A stretch of DNA of 64,000 nt, taken from Nitrospirota bacterium (GTDB lineage: Bacteria; Nitrospirota; UBA9217). The DNA is taken from assembly GCA_963740085.1 (NCBI GenBank), contig CAVUCU010000001.1, positions 1,184,001-1,248,000 of the forward strand, given 5' to 3'. The notes beneath the pieces were generated by a model. That model was given only the letters and a program-made list of their open reading frames with translations, made no database searches and was not told the origin of the DNA. Positions 41,825 through 52,320 of this stretch are shown piece by piece; position 1 is the first letter of the stretch, and the number at the start of each line of letters is the position of its first letter. Both the position numbers and the translations under genes were made by a program.

Positions 41825-42801
41825 TTGATAAATTTTTCCACGATGCCCCACAATGTTCCTGCCCCCACCGCGAGGGCAAAGAGCGCGGTATAGTAGCTCA
41901 CCGCAAGAACAGCAAAAAGCGTGCCCCTGGTTTCATACCATGCTCCGATCAGCCGCCTGTTGATGAAGATATTTAAGCCGACGATTATGGTCAGGGGGTA
42001 GAGGAAAAACGCATCACCCGTGGTGAGCCATAGCCCGAGAGTGGCAAGGCAGAAGAAACAGGAGAGTACGTTCACTTTCAGTTCTTTGGAAGCCGTGCCC
42101 GAGTCAGCCAGGAGGTCTTTGTTCTCAAGGGAGTATTGCGTCCAGTAGCGCGCTTTTCGAAAAGCGTTCCGGAGCGAGGTCATGAGCGTGAAATTGAAGC
42201 TGTGCCGGACCTGGATCGCGGGGTCCATGACCAACCGGTATCCGGCGCGGCGAAGACGGTGGCTGAACTCTACATCCTCAATGATCGGGAGAAAGTCCCC
42301 CGGAAAACCGCCGCTCTTTAGAAAAGTTCCGGCATCGATCGCCAATGCATGGGTCGCTACATAATCCGGAGCACCTGGCAGTTTGGTCTCGAAATAATTT
42401 ATGAATACCGACTGAAACATGCTGAAGAATCCGGGGTCCTGCGGCACACGGGTATAGGTGCCGCCGATCACGGAGTCCGCCCCGTGTTCGGCAATGGCCC
42501 TTCTTACGCGGGGGAGAGTGTCTTTTTGCAGCTGGCAATCGGCATCCGTGAAGAAGTAGACAGCACCGGAGCTGTTCTGCGCTCCGAGGTTTCTCGCGGC
42601 GGAAGCGCCGGCGTGACGCTCCATCCGGATCAATTGGACGGGGTACTTCTCAATGATCTCGACGGAACGGTCAGTAGAATCATCATCGACAACAACGACC
42701 TCGATGCGCTCGTCAGCACTCGAAAAGATCGAGTCCAGACACTGACCAATGGTCGCTGCCCCATTCCGGTTCGGGATGATGAGAGATATAAGGGGTATCA
42801 C
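41821..42801 (-). CDS. GT2 glycosyltransferase with C-terminal TMs
   Basis: IIPNRN, VDDDSTD, ARNLG, FTDAD, GGF, EDVEF. Confidence 0.92.
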   Translation of the reverse strand: MIPLISLIIPNRNGAATIGQCLDSIFSSADERIEVVVVDDDSTDRSVEIIEKYPVQLIRMERHAGASAARNLGAQNSSGAVYFFTDADCQLQKDTLPRVRRAIAEHGADSVIGGTYTRVPQDPGFFSMFQSVFINYFETKLPGAPDYVATHALAIDAGTFLKSGGFPGDFLPIIEDVEFSHRLRRAGYRLVMDPAIQVRHSFNFTLMTSLRNAFRKARYWTQYSLENKDLLADSGTASKELKVNVLSCFFCLATLGLWLTTGDAFFLYPLTIIVGLNIFINRRLIGAWYETRGTLFAVLAVSYYTALFALAVGAGTLWGIVEKFIK

Positions 42802-43007
42802 GTTCTTATTATAATCTGGTGCAGGAGAAAAGGAAACAGGAATGGCGGGAAAAACTGATGCCGCCTCCCCATTGTGCTGTTTAGGCCGCTATCAGAGACG
42901 CCATTGTCCCGATCCGGACAACTGGTCTGCTCAACCCGTCAATAAAACAATGGATTACGTGTGGTACAACCCGTTGTTATAATAGAAAACATTTTGACAA
43001 TAAAAAC

Positions 43008-43036
43008 TTGACAAAACAAAAAGTATCTGTTAATGT
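43008..43036 (+). promoter_or_regulatory. sigma70-type promoter
   Basis: TTGACA-N17-TAATGT with extended TG. Confidence 0.5.
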
Positions 43037-43186
43037 TTCCCCAGATAGATGTCATGCCCCTTTCATTATAATGCTAAAGAGGATTCTTTCTGGCTTAAAG
43101 ATCAGATGTGCTTCTTGTTGCGGCACTGGTGTTCTATAAAAAATTCCCGGATTATTCTCCGGGCACATTAAAAAGGAGGCAGAGAG

Positions 43187-43816
43187 ATGATGGACAGCTT
43201 TATCAGGCGGTTTGGATTTGGTTTTTTGATCGGCATGACGCTGATCGTATCAGCGTGCGGTGGAAGTGGAGGGCTTGGCGACCTGGGCCTCGGTGACCTG
43301 GGCAGCAGCAATAACACTGACATGACGGCCGATCAAGCTACGTCGTTTGCAAGATCCGTAACCCGTATTTCAACGAGTTCCATGAGCAGCCCGTCATTGA
43401 GGGCACCGGCATTATCAGGTGAGGCTGCTCAATCAATGGCAGCCACCCAGATCAATCAACCGATTTCGTATACGTTAACCTGCACCTCAGGTGGCAACAT
43501 GAAAGCGTCGGGAAATATCACCGGCTCCATCTCTGATAACGGTACCGGCTACATTTCGTTGCAAATCCCGATAACAATATCAGACTGGAGCTGTCAGACG
43601 CCGTTGATAATCAATGGCGATCCTTATATTTCTATTACCGGAACGTTCACCTTTGTAAACGGATTTCCCGGGACGCAACAGCATATCAGCATAAGCGGCG
43701 GTTTTAGATCTGCCACCCAAAGCTGCCAGATCCTGTTGGGTACGGATTTCAACAGCGCCGGAGGCGGTCATACGAGCGGCACCTGCTGTGGTCATTCAGT
43801 TGACTTTACGTTTTAG
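43187..43816 (+). CDS. Hypothetical lipoprotein
   Basis: AGGAGG RBS, lipobox VSAC-GG, Ser/Thr/Gly-rich beta-like body. Confidence 0.8.
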   Translation: MMDSFIRRFGFGFLIGMTLIVSACGGSGGLGDLGLGDLGSSNNTDMTADQATSFARSVTRISTSSMSSPSLRAPALSGEAAQSMAATQINQPISYTLTCTSGGNMKASGNITGSISDNGTGYISLQIPITISDWSCQTPLIINGDPYISITGTFTFVNGFPGTQQHISISGGFRSATQSCQILLGTDFNSAGGGHTSGTCCGHSVDFTF

Positions 43817-43879
43817 GAAGATGTATACGGCTCCGCTCTATCACTCTATCAGTACCCGGTAAACATATGAACGCATCTC

Positions 43880-43915
43880 GCATACCAGAGTGCTTCAGCA
43901 CTCTGGTATGCTTTT
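43880..43915 (+). terminator. Rho-independent terminator
   Basis: gcataccagagtgct / agcactctggtatgc perfect stem followed by tttt. Confidence 0.8.
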
Positions 43916-44143
43916 CGTCATGAACCAAAGCTTCGCTTCCTCCGGCACATAAGGTCCCAATTCTCCTTTCTGATTTTTAGATCGTTCATGGAATGGGCAA
44001 CGTGTTCATGGCAACTGTCACGCACTCCCAGCATGGGCACCCGCTCATCTGCTCATGGTCCGACCCAGTCTTCCTTAGCCCTCTTGCAAGCGTAGCATAA
44101 AGGTTTTTCAGATGGTACGGACAATTAATGATATAATGAGTTG

Positions 44144-46869
44144 ATGCTGGCGCCAATCAAGGCTTATATCAACGACGGGCATTTTCGTATGGACAAAAAT
44201 CAATACATAGAAAACAGCATCAATGAATCACTCATCAAATTTACTCCAATTATCTGTCTCGGGGGCGCGGTAATCTTTATTTGCTTAAGCGCCCTCGATT
44301 ATGTCAGCAAACCTGAATACTTCCTGACCTTTCTCGGTTATCGGGTGATAATTTCCAGTGTGCTGCTCTTTATCTTCCTGATCTTACGTAAATATACATT
44401 TCGCAGTATTCTCATTTATAAGTTTTTACTTTTTATGGGTGCGGTAGGGTCTGCCTTTACGGTGGAACTCATGATCTTAAAGACTGGCGGCGACATTTCT
44501 TCTTATTATGTTGGCATTGGTTTAGTAGGCGTCTGGGTCATCAGCTTTACCCCGGTTCGGTTCACTCTTTCCTCGATATTAATGCTCGCGGTATACGGCA
44601 CCTATGTACTCCCCATCATCGCCACGGAAAAAATTGCCGACTTTCGAATATTTTTTACATCCAATATTTTTTTACTATCATTATTATCGAGTGCACTGGT
44701 TCTCAGGTATATTTACTTCTCCAGTCTGGTCAACGAACTGGGGCTCAAGTATGATCTTGAACAACACAAGATAAACCTTGAGAATCAGGTCAATGATAGA
44801 ACAGCCAGACTCTCCGACAGTATTGCGCGTTTACAAAAAGAGATCGGGGCGCGAGAACGGATTGAACTCGCCTTAAATAAAGCTTCCAGCGAATGGCGGG
44901 CAACCTTTGATTCAACAACAGATGTGATCATGACGCTAAACACCGACTACATTGTTCGCCGCTTGAACAAGGCAGGCACGCTTTTTTATAACCGACCATT
45001 CAAAGATTTGATAGGCACCCCGCTGTCGCAACTGTTCCCCCTTGATATTTTCCAAAAACGATGCAAAAAATCAGTCCACATTGAAACATTCTTCAGAACA
45101 TCAGAGAGGGGAATGTCTATCTGTCCGAAAGAAAGGTATGGTTGTCTTATACTCTTGACCCGATACTGGATGATGACGGGCAGCTTATCGGCAGGGTACT
45201 TATGATGCGGGACATTACGGAGCGGATAAAAGCGGAAGAGGAACAACGGAAACTCCAGACCGAACTACTGCAGATCCAGAAAATGGAATCCATCGGCAAC
45301 CTGGCCGGCGGGGTCGCCCATGACTTTAACAATATACTCTCGGCGATCATCGGGTTCAGTCAACTGGCCTTGATGAAACTTCCGGAGGACCACCCTGCGG
45401 CCGACTCCCTCAGGATCATCTATGAATCAGGCGAGCGGGCCGCGTCGCTCACCCGGCAGCTCCTCGCATTCAGCCGCAAACAAGTGCTTGAAATGAAGGT
45501 CGTCAACCTGAACACCATAATCGAAAACGTGGCAAAGATGCTCCGCCGGGTGATCGGCGCGAACATTGTCCTTGAGCTCGATCTCCAGAATCCGATCAAG
45601 AACATCCTGGCCGACTCGGGGCAGATGGAACAGGTCTTGATGAATCTTCTGGTCAATGCGCGGGACGCCATGCCTTCAGGCGGCCGTGTGACGGTAGAAA
45701 CAATGGAGGTCTGTGTGCGAGAAAAGCTCGATCAGACGGTCACGCCCGGCTCCTATGCGATGCTATCCGTTGTTGATACCGGCACGGGAATGAGCCAGGA
45801 AGTTCAAGAACGGATTTTCGAGCCTTTCTTCACGACAAAGGAAGTCGGCAAGGGCACCGGACTTGGCCTGTCCACCGTCTACGGAATTGTCAAGCAGCAC
45901 GACGGTCACATCACGGTGCGCAGCGAGAAGGGCCAGGGGACCAGGTTTAAAATCTACTTTCCCGTGGTCAACCGCGAGGCTGACGGGATCAATGTCCAAA
46001 AGCAGTCTAAACTGATGAGGGGCACTGAGACCGTACTGGTCGTGGACGATGAACCATCCATTCGTAAACTGCTTATTCAAACCATGCAGCCGCTCGGGTA
46101 CAAGCTCCTTGATGCATCCTCGGGAGAAGACGCCTTGAAGGTCAGCGATGAATACCCGGGCGCCATCGATCTTCTCATAACGGACGTTGTCATGCCGGGA
46201 ATGAACGGCATGCAGTTGGCAGAAACGCTCCAGCACCAGCGGCCCGGCATGAGGGTGATCTTCATGTCGGGATATACCGACGGTGCCCTTGTCCGGAATG
46301 ATATGCTTGACCGGAAACTGATACTGATCCAAAAACCTGTCACCCCCTCAGTCGTTGCGGCGAAAGTCCGGGAGGAGCTGGACAAAAAGAACGCTTTTGA
46401 AAAACCCTCGGCGATACTGCAGGATCTGGGCGGCATGCGCATTCTATATGCCGACGATGACGAGCCAAGCCGTCGCCTCGTCCGTATGTACCTTGAACAT
46501 TCCCGCAGCATCCTGGATATCTGCGAGAATGGCCGGATAGCGGTCGACAAGTTTCGATCCGGATCGTATGATATCGTGCTCATGGATATGCAGATGCCGG
46601 TCATGGATGGGTTCGCCGCCTCGCGCGCAATACGGTCGTGGGAAGCGGAGCGCGGATTAAAAGCCACACCGGTCATTGCGGTGACTGGCTTGGGTGCGAG
46701 CGATGAATTGCAGGCAAGTCTTAAAGCGGGATGCACAGCACATTTAGCGAAGCCGATCGGCAAGGAGGCATTGATCAGAACCATCAGCAGCTATTCTCCG
46801 CAACGACAGACTATCGCAGCCGATACCCGAAACGGCAAGGGCCCCGGGGAAAATAACGGCGACGGTTGA
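44144..46869 (+). CDS. Hybrid sensor histidine kinase (multi-TM, PAS, HisKA, HATPase, two REC) with frameshift
   Basis: ORFs 44141..45205 and 45142..46869; PAS broken at ~45050-45140; AHDFNN, NARDAM, GTGLGL, LITDVVMP, LMDMQMP. Confidence 0.88.
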
Positions 46870-46902
46870 GCATTTTTCAGAAAATTGTGATATTTTAAAA
46901 GC

Positions 46903-48273
46903 ATGACCCACGATCTCCACGATTTTTTCTACCCCAGGACCGTCGCGCTCATCGGCGCCACGGACAAACCCACCAAGCCCGGAACGGCCATTCTCGAGAA
47001 CCTCTCCCACTTCAACGGCGCGGTCTATCCCGTGAACCCGAAGCACGAGACACTGCTCGGTCACCGCTGTTACCCTTCCGTCAGGGCGATACCGGACCCG
47101 ATCGACCTGGCCATCATCGCCCTGCCCGCTCCGCTCGTGGAAAAGGAGGTCGACGCACTGCATGAAAAAGGCATCCGCCGGGTCATCCTCATCAGTTCAG
47201 GATTTGCCGAGGCAGGCGATGAGGGTATCGCAATGCAGAAGCGTATCGCTGATAAAACGAAACAGCATGGCATCCGGGTCATCGGGCCGAACTGCCTCGG
47301 CGTGTATAATACTGACAATGGACTCGACAGTTTTTTCGTTTCCCGGGAGCGCGTATCGAGGCCCTCGGCAGGACGTCTCTCGATCATCTCACAGAGCGGC
47401 GCCATCACCGTTATTCTGATGGAATCGTTCGCCCGCGACGGCATGGGCATTGCAAAAGCCGTGAATTACGGCAATCGGCTTGATGTGGATGATGCGGACT
47501 GCCTCGACTATTTTAGAGATGACCCAAAGACCGGTGCGGTCGCCATGTACATGGAATCGGTGGCCGATGGACGAAAGTTCCTGCGTGCGGCAAAGGCGTT
47601 CGCAGCGATCAAACCGCTCGTGATCTGGAAGGCGGGCAAGCATGAACTGGGGGCCGCTGCCGTTTCGTCGCACACGGCAACGCTTGCGGGAAAATACGGG
47701 CTGTATCAGGCCGCCTTCCGGCAGGCAGGCGCTGTGGAGGCCTATGGCTTCGATCACATGATCGACGCGGCAAAGGCCGTTACCCTCGTGGACTATCCCT
47801 GCCTTGGGGACCGCCTTCTGATCGTGACGAACGGCGGCGGTATGGCGGTCGCGGCTTCGGATCAGGCCCAGCAAGAAGGATTCACGATGCCCGTAGTGCC
47901 ACAGGACGTGCAGGAGCGGCTCGGCCGGACATTTCCTTCTTTTTTTGTTACACGCAACCCCATTGACCTCACCGGAAGCGGAAAAAATGAGAACTATTAC
48001 ACAGCGCTCAGGGAGGCTCTGCCGCACTACGACGCGGCTGTGGTGATCGTGCTGATGGGCTCCACCACGGTGACCGAAGAAGCGACAGGCATGATAGCCC
48101 GCGCCTGCCATGAAGCGAAGAAGCCGGTCACCTGCTGTATCCTGCAGGGCCTGGGCTACACACAGGAGGCCATGTTCTCACTGGTGAAGCTCGGCATTCC
48201 CGTATACCCGTCGCCTGAGCGCGCGGTGCGTGCGCTTGCGGCGCTCCGAAAGGCGACGCGCAGAAAAGGGTAA
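46903..48273 (+). CDS. acdA: ADP-forming acetate/acyl-CoA ligase alpha subunit
   Basis: VALIGAT, YPVNP, SSGFAE, GPNCLG, SQSGA, phospho-His SHT, TNGGG, NPIDL. Confidence 0.85.
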   Translation: MTHDLHDFFYPRTVALIGATDKPTKPGTAILENLSHFNGAVYPVNPKHETLLGHRCYPSVRAIPDPIDLAIIALPAPLVEKEVDALHEKGIRRVILISSGFAEAGDEGIAMQKRIADKTKQHGIRVIGPNCLGVYNTDNGLDSFFVSRERVSRPSAGRLSIISQSGAITVILMESFARDGMGIAKAVNYGNRLDVDDADCLDYFRDDPKTGAVAMYMESVADGRKFLRAAKAFAAIKPLVIWKAGKHELGAAAVSSHTATLAGKYGLYQAAFRQAGAVEAYGFDHMIDAAKAVTLVDYPCLGDRLLIVTNGGGMAVAASDQAQQEGFTMPVVPQDVQERLGRTFPSFFVTRNPIDLTGSGKNENYYTALREALPHYDAAVVIVLMGSTTVTEEATGMIARACHEAKKPVTCCILQGLGYTQEAMFSLVKLGIPVYPSPERAVRALAALRKATRRKG

Positions 48274-48287
48274 CGCGTTACGCAAAA

Positions 48288-48989
48288 ATGAAAACTCCGA
48301 ACGAGATCATACGATCTGCATTGCAGGAAGGCCGCAAGGCGCTCTTCGAACATGAGTCCAAGGAGCTTGTACGCTCAGTGGGCATTATCGTCCCGAGGCA
48401 TGTGCTCGTCGATCCCTCTGACCAGAAGGCAATCCTCGCCGCCGGCGAGAAGCTCGGCTTTCCCGTCGTGCTCAAGGCCGTTTCCCCCGATATCCTGCAT
48501 AAGACCGACGCGGGGGCCGTGATGCTGAACATCGCCACCAGCGCGGCGCTTTCTGCCTCGATAACGACGATGCAGAACATGATCGCGTCACGCGCGCCGG
48601 GAAGCGTGGTCCGGTATTTTCTGATCGAGAAGATGATGCCTGCCGGGCTTGAACTTTTGATCGGCGGTCTTCGAGACGATCAGTTCGGCCCCTCAATTGC
48701 CTTCGGGCTCGGCGGTGTCTGGGTCGAGGCGCTCAAGGACGCCGTCTTCGGCATCCTTCCGCTCACCCATGAGGAGACGTCCGATATGATAGCCAAAACG
48801 AGAGCAGGCATCTTCCTGAAGGGTTTCCGCGGCAACCCGGCGCTTGACGAAGAGGCCGTCCACTTGATCATCAACAATCTGTCCAAACTGCTGACCGCCC
48901 ATCCCGAGATCAGGGAGCTCGACCTCAACCCTGTCCGCGTATATGCCAGGGGCGCCGCGGCTCTCGACGTCCGGGTGATCCTGGGGTAA
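48288..48989 (+). CDS. acdB: ADP-forming acetate/acyl-CoA ligase beta subunit (ATP-grasp)
   Basis: GFPVVLK, HKTDAGAV, D.QFGP, FGLGG, ELDLNP. Confidence 0.85.
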   Translation: MKTPNEIIRSALQEGRKALFEHESKELVRSVGIIVPRHVLVDPSDQKAILAAGEKLGFPVVLKAVSPDILHKTDAGAVMLNIATSAALSASITTMQNMIASRAPGSVVRYFLIEKMMPAGLELLIGGLRDDQFGPSIAFGLGGVWVEALKDAVFGILPLTHEETSDMIAKTRAGIFLKGFRGNPALDEEAVHLIINNLSKLLTAHPEIRELDLNPVRVYARGAAALDVRVILG

Positions 48990-49019
48990 TAATTGTGTCT
49001 TCTTTGCCGTGCGAGCACC

Positions 49020-49211
49020 ATGGACGACAATAGCCAAATCGAGGAAATCGCGTATCTCCGCAACGAGGTCAAGCGGCTCCGCAAGGCCCTGAACAAACTT
49101 TCTCCGGGCATCAACATGCTTTTGAAGCTGCGCGGGTTCTCTGTCTACACGAAGGAAGAGGAAATCCGTCCTCCAGCCATGTTCTTTAACAATGCCCTTC
49201 GGTGCCGATAA
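49020..49211 (+). other. Short ORF, possibly a truncated gene
   Basis: Coiled-coil-like start (EEIAYLRNEVKRLRKAL) directly after acdB; degenerates after ~47 aa. Confidence 0.4.
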
Positions 49212-49382
49212 TCGACCGTGATATGAATATCTTGCCTGCAACACCAACCACATGACACCGCGTATCCATTTTGATCCACCCTGCAATCGATTCTTTACAA
49301 TCCATAAAAAGCATGATACTTTTGAAAAAGAATATCGCCCTGCTTTCATTATTCTGGCACTTCAAATAAAGCCGGAGAATAC

Positions 49383-52088
49383 ATGAATCCTTATCAACGA
49401 AGTGTTGCAGAAACGCTTGCTGAGCTGAGATCCACACTCCAGGGTCTGACCTCGGAAGAGGCAAAGGAGCGCCTCACGGCTCACGGCCCCAATGAGCTTG
49501 TCGAAAAAAAGAAGAAGCCTCCCCTGATGATGTTCCTTGATCAGTTCAAGGACTTCATGATCCTTGTCCTGATCGCCGCGGCAGTGATCTCCGGGGTCAT
49601 CGGCGAGCCGGCTGACACGGCGGCCATCGTCGTAATCGTGCTCTTGAACGCCGTGCTTGGGTTCACGCAGGAGTACCGCGCTGAGAAGGCCATGGAGGCG
49701 CTCAAAAAGATGGCGGCCTCTCTTGCCGTCGTGATCCGCGACAGCGTGCATCAGACCATCGCGGCATCGGAACTGGTTCCCGGCGACATTGTGATCCTTG
49801 AGGCCGGCAGGATCGTGCCCGCGGACATGAGGGTCATCGAATCAGCCCGGCTCCGGATCGAAGAGGCCGCGTTGACGGGAGAATCTCTTTCCGTTGAAAA
49901 AGACCCGCAGGCGCTCAAGCAGGCGTCTCTTCCCCTCGGTGACCGGAAGAACATGCTCTACAAGGGCACGATCGTGACCTATGGCAGGGGCGTCGGTGTT
50001 GTGACCGCCACGGGCATGGAAACCGAGCTCGGCAAGATCGCGACCATGATCCAAGGCGAGGAAGAGGGCAAAACGCCGCTCCAGAAACGCCTCGCTGCGT
50101 TCGGTAAAAAACTCGCCTATGCCGTGCTCGCAATCTGCGCGATCATCTTTATCGCCGGGCTGTTGCGGGGAGAAGACGCCATCCGGATATTTCTTGTGGC
50201 CGTGAGCCTTGCCGTTGCAGCCATTCCCGAGGCGTTGCCGGCGGTGGTGACCATTTCCCTCGCCCTCGGCGCGCGCAAGATGGTGAAACAGAACGCCCTT
50301 ATCCGGAAGCTTCCCGCTGTTGAGACCCTGGGATCGGTCACCTACATCTGCACCGACAAGACCGGAACGCTCACCCTGAACAAGATGACCGTGGAAGAAT
50401 TATGGGTGGACGGCGGGATAGTGCGGAGTTCGGAGTTGGGAGTTCGGAGTGGAGGTATTAAAGCAGGTTCTGGTTCTGTGCTTGATCTTTTACTCCAAAC
50501 TCCGAACTCCCCTCTCCCAACTTTCTTCACCAGCCTTGCCCTCTCCACCGACGCCCACCAGGACGCGTCGGGAGAAGTGACGGGTGATCCCACCGAGGCG
50601 GCGCTGTTCTCCGTCGCGAACAAGAGAGGATTCGTCAAAGAGAAGCTGGAAGCCGAATATCCACGCGTTGCAGAGCTTCCGTTCGATTCCGGGCGGAAGC
50701 TTATGACAACATTCCATCGGCGGTCTCTCGTACCTCATCCCTCGTCCCTCGTCACCGGGGACTTCATTTCTTTCACCAAGGGCGCGGTGGAGGTGGTGCT
50801 TGAACGGTCAACGAGCGTCCTGACATCAGACGGGATGCAGGCTCTTGATGCCAAGAAAATGCAATCGATCAGCGACCGGATGGCCTTGGATGGGCTCCGG
50901 GTCATGGCTTTAGGCATGCGGAGCTGGAACACTATCCCCTCGGACCTGTCCTCTGAAAACACCGAGACCGGTCTGGTCCTCATCGGACTCATGGGCATGA
51001 TGGACCCTCCGCGGGAAGAAGCGAAGGAGTCCGTCTCGCTGTGCAGAAGCGCCGGTATCATCCCGGTCATGATCACCGGAGACCACCCCCTGACCGCGAG
51101 GACCATCGCGAAACGGGTGGGTATCCTTGAGAGCGACGACCCTGCGGCGATCATCAGCGGTGCTGATCTCGAAGCCCTGTCGCTCGAGGCGTTCGAAAAG
51201 CGAGTAGAGTCCATTCGCGTATACGCGCGGGTGGCGCCGGAACAGAAGTTGAAGATCGTCAAGGCGCTCCAGGATAAGGGGCACTTCGTGGCCATGACCG
51301 GCGACGGTGTGAACGACGCACCGGCGCTCAAGCGCGCCGACATCGGTGTTGCCATGGGTATTACGGGTACGGACGTCGCCAAACAGGCGTCGTCCATGAT
51401 CCTGCTCGACGACAACTTCGCCACCATCATAAAGACCGTGAAGGAAGGCCGCAGGATCTACGACAACATCCGCAAGTTCATCAAGTACCTGCTCACCACG
51501 AACTCCGGCGAGATATGGACCCTCTTCCTCGCGCCCTTTCTGGGACTCCCGATCCCGCTCCTGCCGATCCACATTCTCTGGATCAACCTCGTGACCGACG
51601 GACTTCCGGCGCTGGCCCTGTCCATGGAACCTGAGGAAGGAGATGTGATGAAACGGCCGCCGCGCAAGCCTCAGGAAAGCCTCTTTGCCGGCGGTCTCGG
51701 CATCCACGCTATATGGGTGGGCCTGCTCATGGGAGGCGTCACGCTCTCACTCCAGGCATGGGCAATCCATATCGGCGATGCCCACTGGCAAACCATGGTC
51801 TTTACTGTGCTCTGCCTTACGCAGCTGGGTCACGTGCTGGCCATCCGGTCCGAAAAAGAATCCCTTTTCACCCAGGGAATATTCACGAACAAAGCACTCT
51901 TGACCGCTGTACTCGGAACCGTCATCCTCCAGTTCGCAACAATTTATGTCCCTGTTTTAAATCCACTATTTAAAACCCAGCCTCTGACACCCGCCGAGCT
52001 TGCTGCAGCTCTAATGCTTTCGTCCATCGTTTTCATCGCCGTAGAGATCGAAAAAATGGTCAAAAGAAACAAGAGCTCTTCTCAATAA
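49383..52088 (+). CDS. Calcium-type (P2A) P-type ATPase
   Basis: TGES, AAIPEAL, DKTGTLT, TGDGVND, TNSGE, WINLVTD. Confidence 0.95.
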   Translation: MNPYQRSVAETLAELRSTLQGLTSEEAKERLTAHGPNELVEKKKKPPLMMFLDQFKDFMILVLIAAAVISGVIGEPADTAAIVVIVLLNAVLGFTQEYRAEKAMEALKKMAASLAVVIRDSVHQTIAASELVPGDIVILEAGRIVPADMRVIESARLRIEEAALTGESLSVEKDPQALKQASLPLGDRKNMLYKGTIVTYGRGVGVVTATGMETELGKIATMIQGEEEGKTPLQKRLAAFGKKLAYAVLAICAIIFIAGLLRGEDAIRIFLVAVSLAVAAIPEALPAVVTISLALGARKMVKQNALIRKLPAVETLGSVTYICTDKTGTLTLNKMTVEELWVDGGIVRSSELGVRSGGIKAGSGSVLDLLLQTPNSPLPTFFTSLALSTDAHQDASGEVTGDPTEAALFSVANKRGFVKEKLEAEYPRVAELPFDSGRKLMTTFHRRSLVPHPSSLVTGDFISFTKGAVEVVLERSTSVLTSDGMQALDAKKMQSISDRMALDGLRVMALGMRSWNTIPSDLSSENTETGLVLIGLMGMMDPPREEAKESVSLCRSAGIIPVMITGDHPLTARTIAKRVGILESDDPAAIISGADLEALSLEAFEKRVESIRVYARVAPEQKLKIVKALQDKGHFVAMTGDGVNDAPALKRADIGVAMGITGTDVAKQASSMILLDDNFATIIKTVKEGRRIYDNIRKFIKYLLTTNSGEIWTLFLAPFLGLPIPLLPIHILWINLVTDGLPALALSMEPEEGDVMKRPPRKPQESLFAGGLGIHAIWVGLLMGGVTLSLQAWAIHIGDAHWQTMVFTVLCLTQLGHVLAIRSEKESLFTQGIFTNKALLTAVLGTVILQFATIYVPVLNPLFKTQPLTPAELAAALMLSSIVFIAVEIEKMVKRNKSSSQ
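50420..50522. repeat. In-frame heptamer-repeat hairpin inside the ATPase gene
   Basis: agtgcgg-agttcgg-agttggg-agttcgg-agt, ~41-nt loop, actccaa-actccga-actcccc-tctccca-act. Confidence 0.85.
50721..50755. repeat. In-frame heptamer tandem (single arm) inside the ATPase gene
   Basis: cggtctc-tcgtacc-tcatccc-tcgtccc-tcgtcac encoding RSLVPHPSSLVT. Confidence 0.7.
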
Positions 52089-52320
52089 GTAAAGAGAGTT
52101 GCAGAGTCTCTAAAATTAAATCCATAGATGAATTTATTTTTCTAGTATTTACTAATTTACAAAAACTTATAGTATAATAAGCAAAGCAAATAAACATCCC
52201 TGCAAATTCTTTCTAGGAGGTGATGAGGTAACTGATCCGCCACGAACCTGAAGTGTATTTCGGCATGTCATGTAAGGAAACATGTTTGAAACCAATTTGG
52301 GAAAGGGGGACTTCTTACAA

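Noticed and set aside
52200-52262. Possible fluoride riboswitch before the YeiH-like gene
   Set aside because: Only a partial GGTGATG match; the pseudoknot partner is absent
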